DNA from: a bacterium
Lineage (GTDB): Bacteria; Zhuqueibacterota; Zhuqueibacteria; Oceanimicrobiales; Oceanimicrobiaceae
Assembly: GCA_046757165.1 (NCBI GenBank)
Contig: JBHHXT010000013.1
Span: 1 to 50,512, forward strand
Length of the DNA: 50,512 bases
Direction: 5' to 3'
Shown: positions 37,301 to 45,480 of the stretch, piece by piece
Numbering within the stretch: position 1 is the stretch's first letter
How the letters are laid out: each line of letters opens with the position of its first letter
The notes under the pieces: generated by a model
Database searches by the model: none
Told to the model about the DNA's origin: nothing
The model's input: the letters and a program-made list of their open reading frames with translations, nothing else
Position numbers and translations under genes: made by a program

Positions 37301-39710
37301 ACCTGAGACGGCGCGCGAGCGGCTGGATGTGGCGGAGGATTTGGCTCATACCTGGTCGGAAGACGTTTTGCTCATCGATGTTGGCACGCATGACATCGGT
37401 GCGGACGGGCTGGCACGCGAGTGGCGTTTTTCCTATTTTTCTCCCTCTGTCGATTCTCTATTCATCGTGCATACTTTTGGCGATGGCGCGCATACCGAGA
37501 TTCGTCCAACCTTCGAGGCCCCTTCGCTTGGGCCGCTCCCCGACAATTGGATCGACAGCCCACAGGCGGCGGAGGCAGCCGAGCAGCACAGCGCCGATTT
37601 CCGCCAGCACCATCCTGATGCGTGGGTAGATGCGTTTCTGACGCGCGGGTTTTCTCACGATGGACGCGCCGTCTGGTGGTTTCACTATGAATCCCACGAC
37701 CCCTTTGACCGGCTGAAAATAGGGATTGATGCGGAGACCGGGGAGCTGGTGGCTTCCTATGGGCCTCTGCTGTTGGAGTCTTCTTCGCCGGCCGACGGCG
37801 AGACTGGAGTGCCGACCCTGGCCACCTTTTCGCTGACGTTTAGCGCGCCGTTGGACACGAATTTCCATTTTCACGACGGTTTCGTGGAGATCGAGTTCTT
37901 CCCGGCAGACTCGATCGGTGAGCCGGAGCATATCGAGGTGAGTCCGGACTTACGGACGGTGACGGCGCACAACTTCCCGTTGACGGATGAGACGCAATTT
38001 TCAGCCTTGCTGACCGGAGCGATGGGGGTGGATGGCCAGCCGCTCGAGCGGCCCTATGTGATCACGTTCACGACCGGGGCCTCCCTGCCTTCCGGCGTGG
38101 TTTCCGGGCCTTTGAACTTGCCTGACGGAGAGGGGTTTGGGACGGTGGTTGCGCTTTTCCGCAAGCATGTTTTTTATGATGAGGTGGCGGGTGTGGGGGT
38201 TGCGACTTCCCCCTACGTCATCGATTATGTTGCAGACGGTTCCTATCTCCCGGTGGGGTTCAATTGGGGCCCTCACGGGCCGCGGTTTGGCTTTCATGAT
38301 CCGGACCATGACGGTCTGCCAGATACAGTCGTGGTGGCGGGCGGCGACAGCGTAGCCGGCATTGATATTGACTTCGAGCCGCCCCCACCACAAACTGCGC
38401 ACACTCCCCTATCAGAGGTTGAGGCCGCGGCGCAGGCCTGGGCTGATGACGCCGCGCTGGTGGGTGTGGCAACGAACCACATCGATCCTGAGGGTGGCGC
38501 ACCTTACTGGGTCTATCTTTTCTACTCGGCAGCGCAGGATGAATTCACCGCCCTTTTCCTGCTTGGCGACGTTGTTTTGCCGGCTGATTTTGACGAAGGT
38601 CCTCCCGGCGATCCCACGCCCTTGCCGGTCAACTGGATAGACAGTGACAGCGCGGCAGCGGTGGCGGAGGCCCACGGCGGCCATGATTTCAGAAATGAGC
38701 ACTCCCATACCGAGGTGTTCGCCTTCCTGGCCTCGAGTCATGATAGTGGGAGTGTGGTCATGCCAGCGGTTTCCAAGGATGCACTGCGGATGCTCGAGGG
38801 GCGGACGTGGAGCTCCCTGCCGTCGGTCAGCCCGGGGCAGCAGCAGGGCGCCGCCTGGTTCTTCTCCTATTTCTCCCACGAGGACGGGCAATTTCTGGAT
38901 ATCGGTGTCGATGCCCTTACCGGCGAGCTGTTGTTCGCCTCGCACGCCGAAACGGCGCGCGAGCGGCAGAACGTTGCCGAGGGGATGGCGAACGACTGGG
39001 ACCCGGACGCCCATCTGATCAACGTTGGCAGTCCGAACGTCTGGCCTGACGGCCGCTCGTCTGACTGGCGCTATGTTTACTTTTCACCTGCTGTTGATTC
39101 GGTTCTGGCGGTTTCGACCTTCCAGGGCTTCGCCGTCCACATGGAAGTTCTTCCGAAAGCGGGGGAGCCCTCCCTGGACGCCTTGCCTCTGGAGTGGATA
39201 GACAGCGGGCAGGCTATGGAGCGTGCCGAGCAAGTCAGCGAGGAATTTCGCGCCCACCATCCGGACACGTGGGTAGAAACGCTGCTGTCACACGGTCTGG
39301 TCGAGGGGGTTGGCGCGGTCTGGATGTTCCGCTATGTCTCTCCGGTCAGCCAGGATACACTGCATGTCGCCATCGACGCTCTGAGCGGCGATTTGATTAC
39401 CGAGGTGCGCAAAGATGGCCGCCGGCTTCCGAAGACCTTCGTGCTGGAACAGAACTATCCGAACCCGTTTAACCCGGAAACCGTGATCAAGTACGATCTG
39501 GCCGGAGATACTCGTGTTGAGCTGACTGTGTTCAACGTGCTCGGTCAGAAAGTCCGCACGTTGGTTGCAAAACCCCAGTCGGCCGGGGTATACCGGGTGG
39601 TGTGGGACGGCAAGGACGACAGCGGTAAGCAACTGCCGAGCGGCCTTTATATCTATCGTTTGAAGACGGCGGAGTTTACACGAACGAAGCGGATGATCTT
39701 CCTGAAGTAG
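34353..39710 (+). CDS. Large secreted modular protein: 3 x [Big_5-like Ig + beta-sandwich with DxDxDG loop + two PepSY-like units], then a T9SS-type/FlgD-Ig C-terminal sorting domain
   Basis: ATG at 34353 after AAGGAGG; signal peptide ending AFA-Q; three S(A/S)PADGxTxVP...LTFSAxLD...YVITFxTG domains; six WIDSxxAxxxAE units; C-terminal LEQNYPNPFNP...FNVLGQKVRTLV...WDGKD..SGLYIYRL. Confidence 0.85.
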   Translation: MASFCRGLWLAALIVTATCQAAFAQLTLVASAPADGDTNVPVTIDFQLTFSAALDTSFRFGPEDDSFLEIEIFPKDSTAEPAQIEVSEDLTTVTAFGLPLREDTIYKVLLSGAKSLTGESLDRPYVITFATGDSLPTGVISGEVTAAGGDAAGTVVALFGEGLFEGDVVALGVANSPYTLNYVPDGVFALLAIQDSNGDGILDLEVDDAFGFYDQDDDGQPDEVVVAAGDTVTGVDLDIDLPVPFTAGEGLSNAETAAQAWASDAEVVIAESEDISPEGDAANWHYIFYSPTAGEFRGFFVMAGAVFMTELPDFQLPDTTALPLEWIDSDSAAAIAEANGGGDFRSQFPDAGLFGALHPFFGPPGPPSLYSRMSGWPVHSAHFGRNAGSTRELAPSSRQDEIEAVWFFSYSSEAEHEFFDVAIDAQTGTLLFTSTPNTARERLDVAEDLAHTWSEDVLLIDVGTHDIGADGLAREWRFSYFSPSVDSLFIVHTFGDGAHTEIRPTFEAPSLGPLPDNWIDSPQAAEAAEQHSADFRQHHPDAWVDAFLTRGFSHDGRAVWWFHYESHDPFDRLKIGIDAETGELVASYGPLLLESSSPADGETGVPTLATFSLTFSAPLDTNFHFHDGFVEIEFFPADSIGEPEHIEVSPDLRTVTAHNFPLTDETQFSALLTGAMGVDGQPLERPYVITFTTGASLPSGVVSGPLNLPDGEGFGTVVALFRKHVFYDEVAGVGVATSPYVIDYVADGSYLPVGFNWGPHGPRFGFHDPDHDGLPDTVVVAGGDSVAGIDIDFEPPPPQTAHTPLSEVEAAAQAWADDAALVGVATNHIDPEGGAPYWVYLFYSAAQDEFTALFLLGDVVLPADFDEGPPGDPTPLPVNWIDSDSAAAVAEAHGGHDFRNEHSHTEVFAFLASSHDSGSVVMPAVSKDALRMLEGRTWSSLPSVSPGQQQGAAWFFSYFSHEDGQFLDIGVDALTGELLFVSGPETARERLDVAEDLAHTWSEDVLLIDVGTHDIGADGLAREWRFSYFSPSVDSLFIVHTFGDGAHTEIRPTFEAPSLGPLPDNWIDSPQAAEAAEQHSADFRQHHPDAWVDAFLTRGFSHDGRAVWWFHYESHDPFDRLKIGIDAETGELVASYGPLLLESSSPADGETGVPTLATFSLTFSAPLDTNFHFHDGFVEIEFFPADSIGEPEHIEVSPDLRTVTAHNFPLTDETQFSALLTGAMGVDGQPLERPYVITFTTGASLPSGVVSGPLNLPDGEGFGTVVALFRKHVFYDEVAGVGVATSPYVIDYVADGSYLPVGFNWGPHGPRFGFHDPDHDGLPDTVVVAGGDSVAGIDIDFEPPPPQTAHTPLSEVEAAAQAWADDAALVGVATNHIDPEGGAPYWVYLFYSAAQDEFTALFLLGDVVLPADFDEGPPGDPTPLPVNWIDSDSAAAVAEAHGGHDFRNEHSHTEVFAFLASSHDSGSVVMPAVSKDALRMLEGRTWSSLPSVSPGQQQGAAWFFSYFSHEDGQFLDIGVDALTGELLFASHAETARERQNVAEGMANDWDPDAHLINVGSPNVWPDGRSSDWRYVYFSPAVDSVLAVSTFQGFAVHMEVLPKAGEPSLDALPLEWIDSGQAMERAEQVSEEFRAHHPDTWVETLLSHGLVEGVGAVWMFRYVSPVSQDTLHVAIDALSGDLITEVRKDGRRLPKTFVLEQNYPNPFNPETVIKYDLAGDTRVELTVFNVLGQKVRTLVAKPQSAGVYRVVWDGKDDSGKQLPSGLYIYRLKTAEFTRTKRMIFLK
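35664..38937 (+). repeat. Intragenic tandem duplication with 1,644-bp period (35664-37293 and 37308-38937)
   Basis: Identical translations recur in several frames at a +1644 offset (35777/37421, 35814/37458, 36357/38001, 36718/38362). No mismatch was seen by eye. A 14-bp unique spacer separates the copies. Confidence 0.95.
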
Positions 39711-39748
39711 CACACACAACTTTCTCCGGTTGGTTTCCTCCTTTCGAT

Positions 39749-39783
39749 GAACCCACGCCACTGACGGCGTGGGTTCTTTTTTT
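39749..39783 (+). terminator. Intrinsic terminator
   Basis: Perfect 11-bp stem gaacccacgcc/ggcgtgggttc, 6-nt loop, T7 tail. Confidence 0.88.
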
Positions 39784-39870
39784 GTGTTTGGATCGGTGCT
39801 CGAAACTTGGTATCTTCACAGGACTGCCAGACGCATTTTGCATTTCGGTGAAGAAACCCATGTTGTGGAT

Positions 39871-40713
39871 ATGATTGAGATTGTGAATCTTCATTTTCAG
39901 TACCGGAACCCGGAGGGAGCGCCGGTCGAGGTCCTCACCGGCATCGATCTTGTGGTCCACGCCGGTGAGTCGGTGGCACTTATGGGGGCGAACGGCTCGG
40001 GGAAGACGACCCTGGCGCGCTGCTTGAATGGGCTACTGCAGCCGACCGAGGGCGAGGTTCGCATAGATGGCCTGAATACAAACGAGAACAATCAACTGCC
40101 CGAAATCAGGCGCCGCGTGGGGATGGTGTTTCAGAACCCGGAAAACCAGATCGTCTCCGCCACAGTTGAGCGTGAAGTGGCCTTCGGGCTGGAGAATCTG
40201 GCGGTGCCGCACGATCAGATGCACGCGATTGTGGCTGAGATGCTGCGCGTCTTCCATCTCGAACCGTACCGGCTGCATCCGCCGCACCTGTTGTCCGGCG
40301 GTGAAATGCAGCGGCTGGCCCTCGCCTCCGTCATGGCCATGCGGCCAGACGTGATCATTTTTGACGAGCCGACCTCGCTGCTCGATCCCGCGAGCCGGGC
40401 GCTCTTGCTCGAGCTCATCGCCCAGTTGCATCAGCGCAACGCCAGAAACCAAAACCCAGCCGTCACCCCCCTTTTCATCACCCAGTCGCCCGAGGAAGCA
40501 CTCCCTTTTGAACGGCTGCTCGTGCTGCACAAAGGTAAAATTGCTTTTGATGGCGCACCTGTCGACGTATTTCAGAAGGTTGACGAGCTGCAGGAAATCG
40601 GCGTTCCTGTACCGGTCGAGTTTGAGGTGGCGGAGTATTTGGCCAGGATTTCCAGGGGCAAGTGGAAGTTTGATGCTGGTGATTTCCTGGCGCAAGCTGA
40701 AAAAGCCAAATGA
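39871..40713 (+). CDS. ecfA: Energy-coupling-factor transporter ATPase (EcfA/CbiO-like)
   Basis: GANGSGKTT, VGMVFQNPENQ, EVAFGLEN, LSGG, FDEPTS. ATG at 39871 is preferred because the ORF-track start lies inside the terminator. Confidence 0.85.
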   Translation: MIEIVNLHFQYRNPEGAPVEVLTGIDLVVHAGESVALMGANGSGKTTLARCLNGLLQPTEGEVRIDGLNTNENNQLPEIRRRVGMVFQNPENQIVSATVEREVAFGLENLAVPHDQMHAIVAEMLRVFHLEPYRLHPPHLLSGGEMQRLALASVMAMRPDVIIFDEPTSLLDPASRALLLELIAQLHQRNARNQNPAVTPLFITQSPEEALPFERLLVLHKGKIAFDGAPVDVFQKVDELQEIGVPVPVEFEVAEYLARISRGKWKFDAGDFLAQAEKAK

Positions 40714-40766
40714 ATGGACCATCTGCTGCGATTTGCCAGTCAGTAGTGCTGCAGTAATCCCCCCCC

Positions 40767-42029
40767 CTATTTTGTCTTGAAATACTCTTCAGCTTGCCTG
40801 GGCGAGACCTCCTGGTACTGGTCGCAAATGTAGCATTTCTTGCCGGGCTTCTGCAGCGTAAAGGCGGAGCGGAGGGAGTGCATGACATTTTTTTCCATCG
40901 AGGTCGTGAAGATGGCTAAAGAGGTCAAGGTCAACGCGCCGCAGAGGAAAAACATGCTGCGAAGGCCGTACGCTTCAGCCACGATTCCGAGGATGATGCC
41001 GGCGATGGAAATGCCGAGATCGAAGCCGCCAAAGTAGAAGGAGAATATCTTGCCGCGTGTCTCTTCGCTGGTGTTATCTGCCACCAGCGCGGTCAAGTTG
41101 GGCTGGTGTGCGCCAAAGCCCAATCCGTACAGCACGGCCGAGGTCAACATCAGAGCGAGACCGGTCATCTGGCTTAGGCAAAATGCGGCTGTGGCCAGCA
41201 TGGCCAGTGATACGACCATTAGCGGGCCGCGGCCGATGCGGCCCGAAACCGGTCCCACCACCATGCGCACCAGGAAAGCGGCCCCTCCGTAGACGGCGAA
41301 AAACACCCCCTCGTTGATCTCCATATTTTCGTTCAGAAAAATCGAGATGTAAAAAATCACACCGCCGTGCACCAGCCCAATCAACAGAATCATGGCAAAC
41401 GCCACCAGGACGATGCGCTGCTTAATGGCCTGAAAATAGTTGAGCTTCGCCTCCTGTTCATGTGATCCGCGGGTCTCCTTGATAAACAGCGAGCACGCCA
41501 GGCAGAGAAAGGCGAGAGCCGACACCAGGCTAAACAAGACGGTGTGTCCCCACCTGTTGCCGACGAAGCTCCCCAGAATCGGCCCGAATGCAAAGGCGAT
41601 GGTGTTGACCATGCCGGTGTAGCTTATCACGTCTGCGCGCCTTGTAGCCGGCGCTGCGTCGGTGATCAGTGTGATCGAGGCCGTGCCGAACGCCGCCAGC
41701 CCCAGCCCGTGGAAGACGCGCAGCGGCAAGAGAATCTCAATGGATGGAATATAAATATAAAGGATCGGCGCGATCATGAAGATCAGACAGCCTGCCAGCA
41801 AAACCAGTCTGCGCCCGGTGCTGTCAATCTGTTTGCCAACCACTGGCCGAAACGCCAGCACGCCAATCGCAAAGGCGCTCATCACCACGCCGATTTGCGA
41901 TTTGCTGCCTCCGAGGTCATGGATATAGACAGGAAACGTCGGCAAGAGGGCAGACAAACTGGTAAAGAAGAGAATCCTTGCGACCCAGTTGAGCAGGAGT
42001 TGTGAGTCTAGCATTTTATTCTTCAGCAT
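40767..42029 (-). CDS. Major facilitator superfamily transporter
   Basis: About 12 hydrophobic segments, motif A GKQIDSTGRR and its repeat GPVSGRIGRG, RVFHG. Confidence 0.92.
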   Translation of the reverse strand: MLKNKMLDSQLLLNWVARILFFTSLSALLPTFPVYIHDLGGSKSQIGVVMSAFAIGVLAFRPVVGKQIDSTGRRLVLLAGCLIFMIAPILYIYIPSIEILLPLRVFHGLGLAAFGTASITLITDAAPATRRADVISYTGMVNTIAFAFGPILGSFVGNRWGHTVLFSLVSALAFLCLACSLFIKETRGSHEQEAKLNYFQAIKQRIVLVAFAMILLIGLVHGGVIFYISIFLNENMEINEGVFFAVYGGAAFLVRMVVGPVSGRIGRGPLMVVSLAMLATAAFCLSQMTGLALMLTSAVLYGLGFGAHQPNLTALVADNTSEETRGKIFSFYFGGFDLGISIAGIILGIVAEAYGLRSMFFLCGALTLTSLAIFTTSMEKNVMHSLRSAFTLQKPGKKCYICDQYQEVSPRQAEEYFKTK

Positions 42030-42118
42030 CCGCGCCTTTTTTTGCCCTCAGATGGGTGTCCATGCACGTAAATAAACAAAATACTTATTCAGATCTTAAT
42101 TTGCAAGCCATTGCCAGG

Positions 42119-42190
42119 CGTACCACGACATTCATGTCGTGAGTCCTTGAAGATAGAGCAAGATTATCGCGATATAAATGTCGCGGTACG
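42119..42190. repeat. Inverted pair of REP-like palindromes (REPIN-like)
   Basis: cgtaccacgacattcatgtcgtg (42119-42141) and the inverted copy cgcgatataaatgtcgcggtacg (42168-42190) are 19/23 identical. Each is itself palindromic. Confidence 0.7.
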
Positions 42191-42241
42191 GCCCGGGATT
42201 TTTTTGTTGATTTTGAAGCAGGATTCTGCTATTTTCAGTTC

Positions 42242-43402
42242 ATGTTTTTTCGAGTCTTACTTCTGGTTGTTCTGACGATGCTTCCTGGCGAGCTCCTTGC
42301 TCAAAACGAGATCAAAAGCCACCATGTGAGGCTGAAAAAAATTCGGGATGAGATTCACAGCGTTGAAAAGGAGATCGCAGCAAGCCAGAAAAAGGAGTCC
42401 TCTGTTCTGGACCAGCTCAACACTGTTGATTTGGATATCGATCTCGCTCAGAGTGTCATCCAGAATTTGAGAAAAGAGCAAAAGAAAAAGAACCGCCAGA
42501 TCGCACAAATAGAAGAGAACCTCGAGGCGACAAAAACAGAGCTTGAGCGGTTGAAAGAGGCGTTCAGGAAGCGTCTGGTTTACACCTATAAATATGGCCG
42601 CGTCAAAGATCTGGAGCTTCTGCTGACCGCGCGCTCCATCAATGACGGGCTGCTGTGGCTGGAATATCAGAAGCGGCTGGCGCGGCACCACTACCGAAAT
42701 TATCTGAAGATCAAAGACAAGCAGGCTGAGATAGCGCGCGACAAAGACCTGCTCACGGTTGAGCTGCAGGAGAAGAAGGCGCTGCTGGCGAATAAGATCA
42801 GGGAGGAGAAGAAGCTTCGCGGGCAGAAGAAACAGCGGCAAAAACTTCTCGACTCGATTCGGCAGAACACCGACCTTTTGCGCCAGCGGTTGGCGCAAAA
42901 GGAGCGCGCCGCCGCCGAAATGCAGAGGATGATTGTGAAGCTCGAACAGGCGCCAACGAAAGTTCCCCTGGTCAGGCCAGAGACCTTGTTTGCAGAGTTA
43001 AAGGGCCGCATGATCTGGCCGACCTCAGGCAAGATCATCGCCAGGTTCGGCCGGTACAAGCATCCTGAGCTCAAAACGGTGACTGAGAATATCGGTATCG
43101 ATATTCAAGCCCCGATGGGCAGTCCGGTGCAGGCAGTGGCAAGCGGCAAGGTCACGGCGATTGAATGGCAGCGCGGGCTCGGCAACATTGTGATCATCCG
43201 GCATTATGGCGGCTATTATTCGGTTTATACGCATCTCGAGGAGATTCTAATCAATCTTTTGCAGGAAGTGCAAATGGGGGAGGTCATTGGCAACGTGGGC
43301 GAATCCGGCTCGCTGAAAGGCCCGGTGCTCCATTTTGAAATCTGGAAAGGGACGGAGAAGCTCAATCCGGAGCAGTGGCTGGGGAAAAGTCAGTCGGCAT
43401 AA
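42242..43402 (+). CDS. envC: EnvC-like murein hydrolase activator (coiled coil plus degenerate M23/LytM domain)
   Basis: Signal peptide, long coiled coil, WPTSG, NIGIDI (first Zn His lost), YTHL, VLHFEI. Confidence 0.82.
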   Translation: MFFRVLLLVVLTMLPGELLAQNEIKSHHVRLKKIRDEIHSVEKEIAASQKKESSVLDQLNTVDLDIDLAQSVIQNLRKEQKKKNRQIAQIEENLEATKTELERLKEAFRKRLVYTYKYGRVKDLELLLTARSINDGLLWLEYQKRLARHHYRNYLKIKDKQAEIARDKDLLTVELQEKKALLANKIREEKKLRGQKKQRQKLLDSIRQNTDLLRQRLAQKERAAAEMQRMIVKLEQAPTKVPLVRPETLFAELKGRMIWPTSGKIIARFGRYKHPELKTVTENIGIDIQAPMGSPVQAVASGKVTAIEWQRGLGNIVIIRHYGGYYSVYTHLEEILINLLQEVQMGEVIGNVGESGSLKGPVLHFEIWKGTEKLNPEQWLGKSQSA

Positions 43403-43435
43403 GCCACGCAGCGTGCGAAGAGAGGAAGAGAAAAC

Positions 43436-44509
43436 ATGGCTTTCGAAAACATAATCGGGCAGGAGCGGGTCAAACGTTTCTTTGCCCGAACGCTGGCGAG
43501 CAGCCGCGCGTCACACGCGTATTTGTTTGTCGGGCAAGGCGGCGTCGGCAAGGGTGCGATGGCGCTCGAAGTTGCCAAAGGACTCTTGACCTCCGGAGAC
43601 AAGCCAGAGGAGGTCAAGGGCACCGACCGGATTGCAAATCTGAAGCATCCGGATGTGCACATTATCTTTCCAGCGCCTGCCAAGATATCCGACGATGATT
43701 ACGTCAAGATCATCCACAGCATTGTTGAGAACCCTTACTGCCGGGCTCAGCCGTGGGCCAATCCCTCCATCTCGATCGACAGGATTCGTGATCTGCGGCG
43801 CAAGGCGGCGTACAAATCTTTTGAAGGCCACGGCCGCGTCTGCATTATTTGGGATTGTGACCGGCTGACGGTGGAAGCGTCGAATGCGTTGCTGAAGATT
43901 CTGGAGGAGCCGCCGGACAACATGTACTTGCTGATGACCTCATCCAGGCCCAATGTGTTGTTGCCGACCATTACTTCGCGCTGCCATTTGGTCAAATTCG
44001 ATCCCCTGCCTGCCGTTGAGCTTGAAAAGGCGCTCATCGCGACAGAGACCGTCGACGCGCAAAGGGCGCGCTTGTGTGCGCGGCTGGCCGGCGGCAGCTA
44101 TCGCCGCTGTTTGGAGTTGGCGCGGGAAGGGGTCGACGAGATGCAAACCCGGGCACTGGAGTTTTTTCGCAAGAGCATTCAGAACAGGTTTGTTCAGGTC
44201 TGTTTTGTAGACGAAATCTTGGATCATTTTCAGCGCGATTTGAAAAGCATCAAGGAGCTTCTGGCCTATCTGTTGATCTGGTTTCGCGACGCGCTTGTCT
44301 ATCGAGAGAGCGGTGGCGAGTCGGAGTTCTTGATCCTTCAGGACCACATCGAGGTGGTGCAGAAGTTCAACAGGTCCTTCCCGAATGCCGATTTGAATGC
44401 TGCGACGAACGAAATCGAAAGGTCTCTGGAGCTGATGGACCGCAACGTACAGATCAATTTGATCCTCATTGTGTTGTTGAACCGGCTCCGGGCGTTTGTG
44501 AGGAGGTAA
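43436..44509 (+). CDS. holB: DNA polymerase III delta' subunit
   Basis: FENIIGQ, HAYLFVGQGGVGK, HPD, ASNALLKILEEPP, LPTITSRC. Confidence 0.93.
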   Translation: MAFENIIGQERVKRFFARTLASSRASHAYLFVGQGGVGKGAMALEVAKGLLTSGDKPEEVKGTDRIANLKHPDVHIIFPAPAKISDDDYVKIIHSIVENPYCRAQPWANPSISIDRIRDLRRKAAYKSFEGHGRVCIIWDCDRLTVEASNALLKILEEPPDNMYLLMTSSRPNVLLPTITSRCHLVKFDPLPAVELEKALIATETVDAQRARLCARLAGGSYRRCLELAREGVDEMQTRALEFFRKSIQNRFVQVCFVDEILDHFQRDLKSIKELLAYLLIWFRDALVYRESGGESEFLILQDHIEVVQKFNRSFPNADLNAATNEIERSLELMDRNVQINLILIVLLNRLRAFVRR

Positions 44510-44512
44510 GTT

Positions 44513-45391
44513 ATGCAAAGCGATGTTGTCGAAGTCAAATTCAAAGGCCAGAGGCGAGGGTTGTTTGTCAATCCGGCCCAGATCCCCTTCAAGGTGGGAG
44601 ACTATGCTGTGGTTCAGGCAGACAAGGGGATCGATCTTGGCCGAATCAACCATATCAGCAGCTTGCTCAAGCCGCCGAAAAATGGGGATAAGAGCAAGCT
44701 CAAGCGGATCATCCGGAAGTCCAATTCAAGTGACCTGGAGCGGCATGAAAAGAACAAAGCACAGGAGGCCAGGGCGTTGAAGGTGTGCCAGGAAAAACTC
44801 GAATGCCACAAACTGACCATGAAGCTGGTGGACTGCGAGTACCAGTTGGATGGCAAAAAGATCACCTTTCACTTCACCGCAGAATCCCGGGTCGATTTTC
44901 GCAAGCTGGTCAAGGATGTGGCGAGCGTCTACAGGACGCGCATCGAGTTCCGGCAGATCGGCGTGCGGGATGAAGCACGCAGGCTGGGGGGCTTTGGCGT
45001 TTGTGGCCGCAAATTGTGTTGCTCAGCCTGGATCAAGGAGTTTCTGCCAGTGACAACGCAAGCGGCAAAGGAGCAAAACCTCTCGTTGAATCCTTCCAAA
45101 CTGGCAGGCGTGTGCGGACGCTTGAAGTGCTGCCTGATGTACGAGCGTAATTTCTACAACCAGGCCATCAAACAATTCCCGCAACTGGCCAAACCGATCA
45201 TAACTGAAAAGGGCGAGGGCGTCGTCTCGAATATCGATATCTTCGCCGACCAGGTCATCGTGCTCTATCCGGATGATACCACCGAGACGATTTCGCTGGC
45301 GGTTGTAAAAGAGCTTTACAGCTGTGATGAGAGCTGTGAGCATAAGGACGTGAATCTAAAGAAAGCAATGGATGAGCTGAACAAGAGCTGA
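44513..45391 (+). CDS. ricT: PSP1-domain protein RicT/YaaT
   Basis: FTAESRVDFR, RQIGVRDEA, CGRKLCC, AKEQNLSLNP, GVCGRLKCCL. Confidence 0.93.
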   Translation: MQSDVVEVKFKGQRRGLFVNPAQIPFKVGDYAVVQADKGIDLGRINHISSLLKPPKNGDKSKLKRIIRKSNSSDLERHEKNKAQEARALKVCQEKLECHKLTMKLVDCEYQLDGKKITFHFTAESRVDFRKLVKDVASVYRTRIEFRQIGVRDEARRLGGFGVCGRKLCCSAWIKEFLPVTTQAAKEQNLSLNPSKLAGVCGRLKCCLMYERNFYNQAIKQFPQLAKPIITEKGEGVVSNIDIFADQVIVLYPDDTTETISLAVVKELYSCDESCEHKDVNLKKAMDELNKS

Positions 45392-45480
45392 GATTGCGTT
45401 TTCCCGCCGAGTTTACCAGACTCACCGACCTCGAGTTGATTTTGGATGCTTTGATTTTCTAAACGAATAGGGACGGCACC

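Noticed and set aside
35664..38937. Long repeat considered as a CRISPR array, IS pair or DGR template/variable repeat
   Set aside because: It is an in-frame coding duplication with no repeat-spacer pattern, no transposase, no adenine-specific mismatches and no reverse transcriptase in the window.
42242..43402. Missing Zn ligands in the M23 domain as a novelty
   Set aside because: A degenerate LytM site is the established hallmark of EnvC-type amidase activators.
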